A stretch of DNA of 64,000 nucleotides from Octopus vulgaris (lineage: Eukaryota): positions 197,780,001 through 197,844,000 of the forward strand of contig OX597814.1 in NCBI GenBank assembly GCA_951406725.2. Direction: 5' to 3'. Below are positions 10,771 through 24,363 of the stretch, in pieces (positions within the stretch are counted from its first letter, which is position 1; each line of letters opens with the position of its first letter). Made by a program: the position numbers and the translations under genes. The notes under the pieces are model-generated. The model was not told where the DNA came from and made no database searches. It saw only the letters and a program-made list of their open reading frames with translations.

Positions 10771-11889
10771 TTCTGCTCGTTAATATTTATTTCAGTATCT
10801 TATTTTTGAATAATCTATCTTTCAAAACACCAGGAAGTTGAACTGAGGCGGTTCATGCGAACTTACATTTTTAGACAAAAATTAAACATTACAGCCCTCC
10901 TGCCGTGTGCCATCTCTATCTAAATCACGTGTGACGTGCTCTATTGCAATCATTTTCTCTTTTCAATAAAATTTCCATTGTGTAAATAAGTCATTAGAAC
11001 TTTCTGGAAATATCAGTGTTTTCCTAAATATAACAACCGACTATATTTTTCAACGTATGTCAATAACGTTTAGAGATGTCTAGCTTTCTCTGTGTTCTTA
11101 AGCGACAGAAAATAAACTAAGAAATATATATTATTCGGACATTTTTTGTAATATTCTTTCGCCGAGTAACTGAATCTATGTTACCATTCTCAAATATAAT
11201 GTGCTATGGATTCCAGAACAAGTAGATGTAAGTAAATATAGTTGGGGAATCTCTTCTAACTGGGCTCAAATCAAACTGAATTCAACTTGTCTTTTCATCC
11301 TCCCAGGGGTCGATAAAATAAGTATTAATCAAATAGTACGGCTTGGTCATATATGAAAGTCTACAATAACCAGGTTAGAAAAAAATTTAAGAAGTGGACT
11401 GTGGGGAAATTATAAATATTTGTTGGAGAGTGGAATTTAGAGCGGAAATTAAAGTAAAATGCATTAGTTTTAGCAAGGATGTATCGATTCAATGTACTAA
11501 ACTAGACAAAGCGTAAACTGATAGTCTATGAAAGGTTTATATGGAAAACATGAAGGATATGTTAATGGCAGAATAATCGTTTCTTAATACGAATGTTGGC
11601 TCTAGGTTGTACCTTAGTTGTACCTTGGTCGTATTGGAAAAAGTTTTCTAATATACAATAATGACAAGAATGACGGCACCCCGACAATTCCACGCATGAC
11701 AATTCAGTACCGACAATTCAACACCGACAATTCAGCGACCGGAATCTCGGGAGTGGTTAATATCCAAGCGAGGTATATACCACTGGCTACTCTTCAGGGC
11801 AAGGATATCTTGATTAAATGAAGTTTACATTGTCACAAGGAGGTACATGTTAAAACAAATATTATGTGTGTGTATGTGTATCGCAATAA

Positions 11890-12200
11890 AGTATGTATGT
11901 ATGTATGTATGTATGTATGTATGTATGTATGTATGTATGTATGTATGTATGTGTGTATGTATGTATGCATATATGTATGTATGTGTGTGTGTGTATGTAT
12001 GCGTGTATGCATGTATGTGTGTGTGTATGTATGCATGTATGTATGTATGTATGCGTGTATGTATGTCTGTATGCATGTATGTCTGTATGCATGTATGTAT
12101 GCATGTATGCATGTATGTATGTATGTGTGTGTGTATGCATGTATGTATGTATGTGTGTGTGTATGTATGTGTGTGTGTGTGCATGTATGTATGTATGTGT
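11890..12200. repeat. (TATG)n-derived microsatellite
   Basis: Directly visible. Confidence 0.95.
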
Positions 12201-12239
12201 CACGGTATTTACCAGACTATTGAATGTGGTTATGCATTA

Positions 12240-12480
12240 CTCATCACAGTGCACTTCACACCATTTTAGCTTCCGAGCGATGCTCCCTCCCCCGTTGGCC
12301 AGGCGAGCAGGCCAACATTCCTCCCACTGATAGGAAGGCTATTCCGTCGCAGATTTACCCATTTGCCGCTGAGCGGACTGGGGCAATGTGAAGTGAAGTG
12401 TTTTGCTCAAGAACACAACGTGCCGCCCTGTCTGGGAATCGAACCCACGATCTATAAATCCAACACGCTAGCCACTAGGG
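12240..12480 (-). mobile_element. tRNA-headed SINE related to family D
   Basis: Contains GTGTTTTGCTCAAGAACACAACG..GGGAATCGAACCCACGA. Confidence 0.65.
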
Positions 12481-14656
12481 TCTGCATATAGACAGAGAGA
12501 GACAGACAGACAGACAGAGCGAGAGACAGAGAGAGAGAGACAGACAGACAGAGGGATGGACGGACAGACAGACAGACAAACAGACAGATAGACAGATAGA
12601 TGGATGGCTGGACGGACGGACGGACGGACAGACAGACAGACAGACGGACAGATAGATAGATAGACAGACGGACAGAGGGACGGACAGACAGACAGACAGA
12701 TCCTGCTAAGCTGATTATTACCGAGTTGTAGTGATGTGTTGTAGTGACAAAATGAAATTTCATTAAATCAAAATATACTGCATTGACGGTGATATTATTG
12801 CAAACCAATAATAATAATAATAATAATAATAAAGCTTTGAAACTTCTCATATTCACTTTCCAATATATAAAGTAAATTTCCTGCGGGTCTTGTTTTGTTT
12901 GCTATAGTAACAAAAGAATTAACCAAACTTCCCTCTTCTCCTATACTCTCTCTCTCTCTTTCCCTCTTTGCTAATACCAGTTATTCTCTCTTTTGTTACT
13001 GTTGATTTCGATGTTGTTTTACAATCCTGTGCTGATTCATCTCCAGTTTTCATTAGATAATGAGGCGAACCTCGAATTGTGTTCAGTTTGACATATTAAC
13101 ACTTCCAACCAATTCATTCTGTTTGTCGTTTGTTAAGGACAATAACACAATGATGAAAGAATGGAAATCAATTTTAGACTTCATATATTTTGATAAAATC
13201 TACTGAGAAAAAATCACTACAGAAAAAACAACACAAGCCAAATTATGGATATGTTTCCATTAAAAAATTTTTTATATATAATTTGTATCCTCTCTTTATT
13301 AACACAGTATCCTATTACTAACATTATGTTGTGAATATTACAGTAATAACTATACTTTTGTCTGTGTTATTTATCTTTCATAAAGTGTCTCGGGAGATTT
13401 CACTTGAGCACACTTAAATAAATCGAATGTTGCTTCGTATATGATTAAGCATTCCGGAAAATTAGCTAAAAATTATAAGCAGAAATTCGTATTCGATTTC
13501 CAAGAATAATATTTTGGTGTTATAGAATTGAATGTAGGTTTCACACAAATATACTTACTACAGTTTTTTATGAATGATATTATAGATGTAAACTAGAAAA
13601 CGAAACAGAAGCTACTTGTCATGAAGGGGGGTAATTACTTTTGAAATGCATGTATGCTGAACATACGCCTATGTTTAACACTCTGTTTATGCAGAAAGCA
13701 TTTAATTGAAGTGTTTTATGCTGTTTTGAAAGAAAATAATATAATGTTGTTGGAATCGAATAAATAAGCGATAAGCAGACGATATGACGAAGCAATGGAA
13801 AATAAATGAGAACGTGCTGTGCTGTGTGGGTGGAATGGTAGCCTTATATTGTGAAATCCAATGTTTTAATCAACAGCATATGAAAGATTTCTTTAATTCA
13901 ATAATGACTTCGCTATCAAGAGAAGAAATTTTAGAATATCAAAAGAAAAAAACAGTTCTGAAGAAACGGTGAATTAGAGACTAAGGCAAAGTTGGAATCA
14001 AAATGAAGACTTCGGATTTGTCATTAGCTTGTTCTAAATTTACTACCAAAAGAAAGAACATACGAAGATAACCGAAGTTAACCGGAGTTAGCCGGGGAGA
14101 AAACAAAAATGTAAACTAAGATGGCGCGCACTTCATAAAAGTTGACCTATTCCTGTTGAACAGTATAGATTTTGCAAGTAATAAACGTTTAAGCCGTGGC
14201 CAGTGCTGTCTTCTCATTGGTACAAAAACCCATATAGCTATAACGCTGTAATAGCTTTCATCTGATATTATAAATAATATAATATAAGTATTTCCTGAGG
14301 CGATTTTCAATAGTCAACAAAAGAAGAACGGCGAATAGAATTGACAGCTTAAAATTTGTGTTAAAACCGTAAAATGTTTCTTCACAATTTTAGAATAATA
14401 AATGTTTTAGAAGCTCGTGAAAAGACTTAGTCCAATAAATACAAAATGACTTAGTAGTCACCTAGCTTGTTGTAAAGAAACAGAGAGTATCTTTATCTGT
14501 GTCTTCTTTCTACTTTTTCTATCGCTACGACTCTGAACTAGTTACCGGTGGACTGTTTTTCAAAGAGACCCACTTCATTACATTCCTTTATCCTTCTCCA
14601 GTTACAATCACTGTGCTTCACCTCCAGATTCCGAGACTACTCCTTTCAATTCAGCA

Positions 14657-15008
14657 ATTCCTCTACAGAAATTCAATCCTTTGGGGTTGCAACAATTAGA
14701 GCTTAAATTTGTGGAGCTTTTACGCATATATACCTGCCATCACCAATGTAGCACGTGTGTGTGTGTGTACTCAATCGACACTGCTGCAACTATTGATCAT
14801 CGAATCCCAGAAACAGCTGTAAAGGTAGCTATTCCTCCACAGAAATTCAATCCTTTGGAGTTGCAACAATTAGAGCTTAAATTTGTGGAGCTTTTACGCA
14901 TATATACCTGCCATCACCAAAGTAGCACGTGTGTGTGTGTGTAAGTACACAATCGACACTGCAGCAGCTATTGATCATCGAATCCCAGAAACAGCTGTAA
15001 AGATAGCC
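14657..15008 (+). repeat. Tandem duplication of a ~175-bp unit resembling a decayed PLE 3' end/pLTR
   Basis: 14657-14830 is similar to 14831-15008; each unit ends TTGATCA..CCCAGAAACAGCTGTAAAG. Confidence 0.7.
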
Positions 15009-15100
15009 TTGAAATATTTCTCTTTTCTCTGTGATTTTTGTGTATGATATCTTCGAATATATATTTGACTATTAAGACGTTCTTCTGGCTATCTGCATAA

Positions 15101-15164
<64 letters not shown>

Positions 15165-15189
15165 TTGTGTGTGTGAATGTACGAAGTAT

Positions 15190-15595
15190 ATTTACTCTTT
15201 ACTCTTTTACTTGTTTCAGTCATTTTGACTGCGGCAATGCTGGAGCACTGCCTTTAGTCGAGCAAATCGACCCCGGGACTTATTCTTTGTAAGCCCAGTG
15301 CTTATTCTATCGGTCTCTTTTGCCGAACCGCTAAGTGACGGGGACGTAAACACACCAGCATCGGTTGTCAAGCAATGCTAGGGGGACAAATACAGACACA
15401 CACACAAACATATATATATATATATACATATATACGACAGGCTTCTTTCAGTTTCCGGCTACCAAATCCACTCACAAGGCATTGGTCGGCCCGGGGCTAT
15501 AGCAGAAGACACTTGCCCAAGATGCCACGCAGTGGGACTGAACCCAGAACCATGTGGTTGGTTAGCAAGCTACTTACCACACAGCCACTCCTGCA
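15190..15595 (-). mobile_element. SINE family B
   Basis: Full-length homology to 6811-7245. Confidence 0.9.
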
Positions 15596-16445
15596 TATTT
15601 CGTTTTTGGATTTGGTTTACAAGATACTTTATGTAAGTTCGTGTGTTGAAGCATATTCTGTTGATCTGTTTACTTTCATATCCATAACTTATACATATGC
15701 GCATATGCACATGTATATGCACGTGTATGTAAGCATATGGATATGAAAATGAAAGTAAACGGATCAACATGCAGACGGATATGTACATAGGTTATATGAA
15801 CAGATATGCACACATACGCACGCATACACAAATGAAGACTGAAACAAATGACCATATATACACACACACTTTACTTCATACAGGGACACATATGGAGACA
15901 CACGTCCACACATATGGAGATGCACATCCATACATACAAACACGGTACATAGTTGCAAAACACACACACACTCAGACATGCATACACAAGGAGACAGAGG
16001 TACACACTCACATATACAAACACACACACACACACGCATACATAAAAACATGCAAACACGAACACGCAGACACATGAATGTGCAAAATACATTCATACAA
16101 ATATACACACATGCATACGTATATACATATGCACACATGCATGCATACGCACACATACATACATACATACATACATACGTACATACATACATAATTACGT
16201 ACATGCATGTGTAAACACATACACACACACACCGACCCACACACATGCGCAAAAACAAACAAAAGTGAACCTAGTGTGAATAATGGACAGAGTCAAAACT
16301 ATTGAAAAGGTTGCAAGACGCAACGAAAATTTCAGAAAATTAAAAGGAAATAAATGGAAATTTTACGGGTGAGTATGATAAATCACAAGGTACCAGAAGA
16401 GAATGACTCTCCCCAGACAAAACAGTGTATATCTCTTATTATAAA

Positions 16446-16660
16446 ATCTATTATATAAAATCCGTTCTGTCTGTCTGTGTGTGTGTGTGTCTTCTAGGAT
16501 CTCGGGCAACCTCCATCCGATTGCGCTCAGATTTGATATGTAGATACCGACGGTATCAGGGCGTGTATAACTCTTGAAAAAATTACAAAAATCGATTCCA
16601 GGTGAGAATGCGATCGATAAAGCCGTGGGAACGTGCATTTGTACGCGCAAGTACATCAGA
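16446..16660 (+). mobile_element. Helitron/Helentron-associated (DINE-like) non-autonomous fragment
   Basis: Starts ATCTATTATATAAAA, then (GTCT)n(GT)n and CATCCGATT..TTTG. Confidence 0.45.
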
Positions 16661-16799
16661 CGAAATCCGTCTTTTGCTGGTTAAATCAGTGTTTCTCAAA
16701 GAGGAGGCCTATGGGACGGTCGGACAAGTCCTTTTGAGAAAATTTGGTTTAAATGTTTGACAACTCAGCACCGTCCATTGGACGCGGGGCGTTTTGCTC

Positions 16800-16837
<38 letters not shown>

Positions 16838-17174
16838 ATTTGTATAACATATTTATAAACTGTTTATTATAATGCACGTACGTAAAGAGTGCAGCAATAC
16901 TCGAGAGGGGATTTAGAATTACATTTTCTTTTTTTTTCTTTTCGATTATCTTACACGTATTTCAGTGATGATTATGGCCGAATTATTTATATATATGTAT
17001 CATTTTCGTTTCCCTGGAGATTCTTTCAGAATTCTGAACACTTGTTGTATCTCGTGTAATTTGCGCATCTGTATACAATATATGCATACATATATGCGAG
17101 TAAATATATGTGTATATATGAGTATATATGTCTCTCTGTATGTTTGCATGTATGTATCAATACATATTTATACG

Positions 17175-17177
17175 TAT

Positions 17178-17215
<38 letters not shown>

Positions 17216-17757
17216 TAGATATATATATACTTGTGTGTGTGTGTGTGTAAGAAATTAACTGCATAGAAGTCAATAAGAAGAGTATATACGTATATAAATG
17301 TGTGTATATATATGTATGTATATGCATATATGTATATATATATATATGTATGTATAGGCATATATGTGTATATATGTATATATATATGTGTGTGTATCCT
17401 TATACATATATATGTATATATATATGCATATAGATATATATGTATATATATACATATATATATATGTATATGTATGTAGATATATATGTATATACATACA
17501 GATATATATGTATATATATATGTATATATATATGTATATACACACATATGTATATTTATATATGTATATACATATATATGTATATACATATATATGTATA
17601 TACATGTATGCATATACATATATATGTATATATATATATGTATAATTATATATATACATATATAATTATACCTTCATATATATATATAATTATACATATA
17701 TATACATATATAATTATACATTCACATATATATATAATTATACATATATATATAATT

Positions 17758-17793
<36 letters not shown>
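17175..17793. repeat. (TA)-rich degenerate microsatellite
   Basis: Directly visible. Confidence 0.95.
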
Positions 17794-17794
<1 letters not shown>

Positions 17795-17796
<2 letters not shown>

Positions 17797-17998
17797 ATTA
17801 TATAGAAGGAGCTTCTACAGGACTAGTACTGTTTCATTCAAGAGAAATCTTCAGGAAGCTTCCTGTGCTTCCTGAAGATTTCTCTTGAATGAAACAGTAC
17901 TAGTCCTGTAGAACTCCTTCTATATAATAAATTAATTTTACTCTGCTATGTATTGAGTACCTTACTTACTGTGGTTAACCCCGAATCAACCCGGGACC

Positions 17999-18000
<2 letters not shown>
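17795..18000. mobile_element. Palindromic PLE-like mini-element between (TA)n tracts, with a hammerhead motif on each strand
   Basis: Arms ~17795-17859 and ~17867-17932; CTGAAGA-TTTC(TCTT)GAAT-GAAAC-AGTACTA-GTC at 17872-17905 and its mirror; ~70-bp tail. Confidence 0.75.
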
Positions 18001-18035
<35 letters not shown>

Positions 18036-18340
18036 GGTATTCATATTCACCTCAATCCTATCTTAAACCTACCGCCCTTCGCTTTTGTAAACAATTATGT
18101 CCATACACTTAATTTTATGAAATGTAGGTCTTGCTTTTTTTTTAATCCTTCTTTTTAACCTTTTATGAGCGTAAGGGCTCTTCAGAAAGTTGGAGGGAGC
18201 TAATGGTATGACAGAAAGTGTTTTCACAAGTCTCGAGAGCTCTTCACACGGCCTTAATTGTAAAGTTATAAAGATCTTTCTTATAAAGTGATTAATACAG
18301 ATACAGGGACAATAACGTGTAGACAGGCACACATATACAC

Positions 18341-18381
<41 letters not shown>

Positions 18382-18621
18382 AATCCATTTATGCACACAC
18401 ACACACGCACACACATACATACACGCATACATACACGCATGCACGCGCGTATACACACGCACACAGCCACACAAAGCTACATATATATTCGGCGTTTATT
18501 TTTGCTTAGTTTCTGTTCATCTTTTCTTTATCGCTAATATTGCTATCATCATTATGTGTATTTTTTCCATTATTAATAATATTTATTATTATTATTATCA
18601 TTATTATTATCATTATTATTA

Positions 18622-19020
18622 AAGCGGTGAGGTGGCGGAATCGCTAGCACGTCGGGCGAAATGCTTAGCGGTATTTCGTCTGCCGTTACGTTCTGAGTTC
18701 AAATTCCACCGAGGTCGACTTTGCCTTTCATCCTTTCGGGGTCGATTAAATAAGTACCAGTTACGCACTGGGGTCGATATAATCGACTTAATCCGTTTGT
18801 CTGTCTTTGTTTGTCCCCTCTGTGTGTAGCCCCTTGTGGGCAGTAAAGAAATAGGTATTTCGTCCGTCTTTACGTTCCGAATTCAAATTTCGCAGATGGT
18901 TGACTTTGCCTTTCATCTTTTCTGGGTCGATTAAGTAAGTACCAGTTACGCACTGGGGTCGATGTCATCGACTTAATACCCTCCATCAAGCTGCCCTTGT
19001 GGAAAAAAAAACTTGAAATC
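18622..19020 (+). mobile_element. SINE family A dimer
   Basis: Second unit starts at the internal TATTTCGTC after AAAGAAATAGG. Confidence 0.85.
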
Positions 19021-19474
19021 CTCACTGTTGTTATATTTATTATTCCTTCGTAACGCAGTGTAGGTAAAAATCCACCGGAGTCTTTAATCAACTGTCAAGT
19101 CACAACAAGCACTTCAAAACAGATAATTCTTTCCTGAAGGTGTGTGCTGTACCCAATAAGGCTGCTTTTTGCAAGACATCAATCTTGCATGGGATTTCCA
19201 GTTACCTTAAGAAGTTTTGAAGTTTCAATGGGATTGAGCCCAACGCTCCGATCACCACTGGTATCACTTTTACGTTACCCTCTCGAATTCTATAGTATTG
19301 ACATTTCCACTTTCATTTCGGAGCACTTGGTGATTTTTTTTCAACCTCTTTACTCACATTCATGTCATTTGACATGGCTACATCATTGATCTGACATTAA
19401 TCTTACTCAATATGCCAATATCCGGTCAACGGTGTTCGATTACACGATCCATCTGAAAATCATATTATTATTAT

Positions 19475-20335
19475 TTTTATTATTTTATGTTTGACTATTG
19501 CTTTGCATTTGTACAAGTTGGCTCCAAGTCTCCCCCAGAGACCTCAAGAGTCAACAAGTTAGAAGTTCATGTTGGTGTTATGCCTAGGGTGCCATACATT
19601 TGGTTTTGTACATAGTGTTGTTCTGGAGAATGTTTAAGAAACCATAAGAAAATTATGTGTTTGTTTTAAAATTTGAAATTTCATAGAAAGTATTTTGCGT
19701 AGGATATGGGCAGTTCCCATGAGCACTATCTTTTGAATTTCTGCCGTTTTGGGGTTTCCTGGTATCAGAGCTAGGTAGCAATCAGCCACTTTTGCTATCA
19801 TTCCCCTTTTGCTATCATACCTATGACAACAGGTATTGTTTTAGTCTTCAGGTTCCACATTTTGCTAATTTCTATTTCAAGATCTTTATACTTGCTCAGT
19901 TTTTGGTAGGTCTTGACAGACACGCTTATATAACCGTACTGTGCATCATTGAGCAATTTTGAGAGAGGTATTAAGGCTAGACAAAAGGGGAGTGGTGATA
20001 GTGAGTCACTCTGGAAAATGCCACACGAAATTCTTACATCTCCAGCATTTAGAGATTCATTGTCACTGTTCAAAGTCAATGTGGTGCTCCATGATCTCAC
20101 ACTTACAGACAAAAAGTTTCACAGATTGGGCGCTGTTTTATACATTTCTTAATCCAGCTATGTGGTAGGCTATCAAAAGCATTTTTTATAGTCTAGCCAA
20201 GCTATTGACAAGTTTTTGTATCGATTGTGACAATCTTCTAAGATCATCTTATTGATGAGTAGCTGATCTTTACAACCATAAGACTCACGTTTACATCCTT
20301 TTTGCTCATTAGGGAATATGCTACTTTCTATTTAA
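19475..20335 (-). mobile_element. Internally deleted R4/Dong-clade non-LTR retrotransposon (RT plus restriction-like endonuclease remnants)
   Basis: Minus-strand translations [33 protein letters not shown] / [10 protein letters not shown] / GIFQSDSLSPLPFCLALIPLSKLLN / KLSKYKDLEIEISKMWNLKTKTIPVVIG; the 3' end runs into (TAA)n. Confidence 0.85.
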
Positions 20336-20385
20336 AAACGATAAGTATATTCAGTCAGGACAGATTTTAGCGTTTTATACATTAC

Positions 20386-20387
<2 letters not shown>

Positions 20388-20431
<44 letters not shown>

Positions 20432-20598
20432 GTTGTTGTTGTTGTTACCATTGTCATTGCTACTACTACTACTATTAATACAACTACTATTGCGATCATC
20501 AACAGCAGCAGCATTACCAGCATCACCATCACATTGTCAGTTTTATCATCATCATTATTATTATTATTATTACTATTATTATTATTATCATCATTATT

Positions 20599-20651
<53 letters not shown>

Positions 20652-20684
20652 TATTATTATTATTATTATTATCATCATCATCAA

Positions 20685-20717
<33 letters not shown>

Positions 20718-20845
20718 CATTATTATTATTATCATCATTATTATTACTATTATTATTATTATCATCATCATCAATATTATCATCATCATCATCAATATTA
20801 TTATTATTACTATTATTATTATTATTATTATCATCATCATTACTA
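20388..20845. repeat. Compound (ATT)/(GTT)/(ATC) microsatellite
   Basis: Directly visible. Confidence 0.95.
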
Positions 20846-21317
20846 CATTCACTGGCTTTCGATTTTGTTTGTTTCTCGAACTTATCTTGTATTTGCTTGC
20901 TAATTGTAAAGACGAGAGTTTCATTTTGTCAATAGCTGCAGGGCCAGCAGTGTGATATTCAATAGAACCTGAAGATGGATTTAAGAGCCCCCACCAACCT
21001 CCTCCCTCTCACGCCCTCTCTCCTGTTCGCCCTCTCTCTCTCTCTCTCTCTCTCTTTCCCTTTCTGTAAATTATCAAACTCTCTACATTGAATGAATCGG
21101 CAATAATCTTAACACTCGAAATGAAACTTTCTCGTTTTTCTACTTTTTATTTTTGCCTTCGTATTTATTCATCATAAAACTGTCAATATACGCAGAACCA
21201 CGCTTACATACACATACATGGTGATCGTACACGTGCACAGACACACACACTCACTCACGTACGAATACATAGAAATAGATACACGCCATCAAATACGTAT
21301 ATCCATATACAAATCCG

Positions 21318-21363
<46 letters not shown>

Positions 21364-21365
<2 letters not shown>

Positions 21366-21737
21366 TGGCAATCCGTCGGTTGCGACGACGAGGATTCCAG
21401 TTGATCCGATCAACGGAACAGCTTGCTCGTGAAATTAACGTATAAGTGGCTGAGCACTCTACAGACGCGTGTACCCTTTACGTAGTTCTCGAGGAGATTC
21501 AGCGTGACACAGAGTGGGACAAGGCTGGCCCTTTGAAATACAAGTACAACAGAAACGGGAAGAAAGAGTGAGAAAAAGTTGGCGGGAAAGAATACAGCAG
21601 GGTTCACCACCACCTCCTGTCGGAGCTTTAGGTGTTTTCTCTCAATAAACACTCACAACGTCCGGTCTGGGAATTGAAACTGCGATCCTACGACCGCTAG
21701 TCCGCTGCCCTAACCACTGGGCCATTGCGCCTCCACT
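21364..21737 (-). mobile_element. SINE family C
   Basis: Full-length homology to other family C copies. Confidence 0.9.
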
Positions 21738-22064
21738 TGTACAATATACAGTAAACAAATAAAAAAAGGACACTTCTTAAAAGAAGACAAAGAAGATAGT
21801 GGTTTCCATGAAACACTCATCTAAGTCGAATGCAAGTCGTTCACTATATTTTCATGTCATAACATGTCCATGAAACTATTTGTAAAGCCTGTGTTCATGT
21901 GGATATATCTGAATGTGGAGAAGTACAAGTATGTCTACGTGACTCATGAAGGAGCATTATCTTATCCTATTTTCTATCTATCTACCTACCTATCTATATA
22001 TCTATGCAGCTATCTATCTATCTATGTATCTATTTATCTCTTTATCTATCTATACATCTGTCTA

Positions 22065-22605
22065 TCTATGCATCTATCTATCTTTCTGTCTATGACTGTC
22101 TATCTATGCATCTATATATCTTTCTGTCTATGACTGTCTATCTATGCATCTATCTATCTTTCTGTCTATGACTGTCTATCTATGCATCTATCTATCTTTC
22201 TGTCTATGACTGTCTATCTATGCATCTATATATCTTTCTGTCTATGACTGTCTATCTATGCATCTATCTATCTTTCTGTCTATGACTGTCTATCTATGCA
22301 TCTATCTATCTTTCTGTCTATGACTGTCTATCTATGCATCTATATATCTTTCTATCTATGACTGTCTATCTATGCATCTATCTATCTTTCTGTCTATGAC
22401 TGTCTATCTATGCATCTATCTATCTTTCTATCTATGACTGTCTATCTATGCATCTATCTATCTTTCTGTCTATGACTGTCTATCTATGCATCTATCTATC
22501 TTTCTGTCTATGACTGTCTATCTATGCATCTATCTATCTTTCTATCTATGACTGTCTATCTATGCATCTATCTATCTTTCTGTCTATGACTGTCTATTTT
22601 TGCAT
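22065..22605. repeat. 38-bp minisatellite (TCTATGCATCTATCTATCTTTCTGTCTATGACTGTCTA), ~14 copies
   Basis: Period of 38 checked at 22141 and 22179. Confidence 0.92.
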
Positions 22606-23361
22606 CTATTTATCTGTGTATCTAGCTATCTATCTATCTTTCTATCTACTTTGGAAAGATTTTGCTTTGCTGTTGTTCTTTAATGCAAATCAGTACTGAC
22701 TGAACAGATCTATGATAAAAGCGTTCCAATTATGATCATCCCATATTATTTTCTATTCACCCACACCATCATCCAAATAGTGTCCATTTTTCGAAAAAAA
22801 AAGCAGAATTTGTTTCAGAGGAATTCAGCTGCATTTTAGCAGACCAGGTGACTCTCTAGACCTTCCTTCGTCTTCCTCATCTGCTCATTGTCATTAAGAT
22901 TTCTGTACCGAATCAGGTGGTTCAAACACTACCATCCTTTTAAAAGGCAATCATGTATCTAGGACGAAATCATCCAATGTGTTATTGCGTCTTAGAAATA
23001 TTTGGCTGCTATTTCTAGCAGACTGAGTGGCCGCGTATAGTTCCGTTGGCTCCAACATCCCTTGACAACCGATGCTGGTGTGTTTACGTCCCCGTAAACG
23101 CACATATGGTTTACGTATCCAAATTCAGTGTTTCATATCGCTTCCGTATCTTTACATTATTTCAACCAACTTTGAAAGTTTTACATACGTAGACACATAC
23201 ATCTACACGTGTGTCAGAGTATGCATGTGTGTATACATACGTGTGTGTTTGTTCTTGTGTGAATGTGTGTGTGTGTGTGTGTACTCGTGTGTGTGTGCGC
23301 GCGCTCACGTGTGTCTTAATTATTATTGTTATTTTAAAGAGGGCGGTTTAAAATATTTTGC

Positions 23362-23490
23362 GATTCGGCAAAAGACCACCGATAGAATAAGTACTGGGCT
23401 TACAAAGAATAAGTCCTGGGGGTCGATTTGCTCGACTAAAGGCGGTGCTCCAGCATGGCCGCAATCAAATGCCTGAAACAAGTAAAAGAG
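23362..23490 (+). mobile_element. SINE family B 3' part (a further fragment lies at ~23060-23096)
   Basis: TTCGGCAAAAGA..GATAGAATAAGTACT..CTGAAACAAGTAAAAGAG. Confidence 0.8.
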
Positions 23491-24101
23491 AGATATGAAC
23501 TGTAGTCCAATCTACGCAATATGAAATGCTATTCAAAGGGTTAACGCCACAGTTAGATTTCTTGTGGTTTCCGTTATCTGTATTGTAATCAGTCACTAAG
23601 CTCTCAACTCTTTCGCAACCCTTCAATATGTTTATAGAAAGCTACTTGTACATATATACTGGTCAATAATTTAATAAGCATAATTAGCAAGATGCTAAAT
23701 TCATTTCAGCATTAGTCACATCTAAAAGTTATCTCTTTGACAACAATTACGTTTGACATTGGTTAAAATTATCAACAACCATTCTGCTCTCCCAAAAGTT
23801 TATTTAATTTTGAATATACCCAAAACGCTCGGAAATATGTACTTTTAGCTTAATTAGTTTGCTTTTCCGCTTAGTTCTCATGTGTAATTCATAAAGGAGA
23901 TCCAGAAATAGAAACGTCCGTATTATGTGTATAGTTGCTGTATGGAAAATAGATTTTGCTTACATAATTATCAATACCCCCTCTCTCTCTCTCTCTCTCT
24001 CTCTCTCGCCTACTCTATCTATCTATCTATCTATCTCCCTCTTTCTCTCTTTTTCTGCGTGTGTTTGTGTGTGTTTCTGTGTGTGCGTTTGTGTAAGAGT
24101 G

Positions 24102-24165
<64 letters not shown>

Positions 24166-24363
24166 TCATATCGCCAAACTATCTTTAAGTTATTTCAATC
24201 AACCTTGAAAGGTTTACATACGTACACACATACATGTGTGTCAGAAAAAGAGGGAAAGAGATAGAGTATGCAGGTGTGCGTGGTTGTGCTTGTGTGTGTG
24301 TTTGTATGCCCGTGTGTGTGCACGCGCTCACGTGTGTCTTAATTATTATTGTTATTTTAAAGA

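Noticed and set aside
13400-14480. Possible DNA-transposon remnant
   Set aside because: I could not identify TIRs, a TSD or transposase motifs with any confidence.
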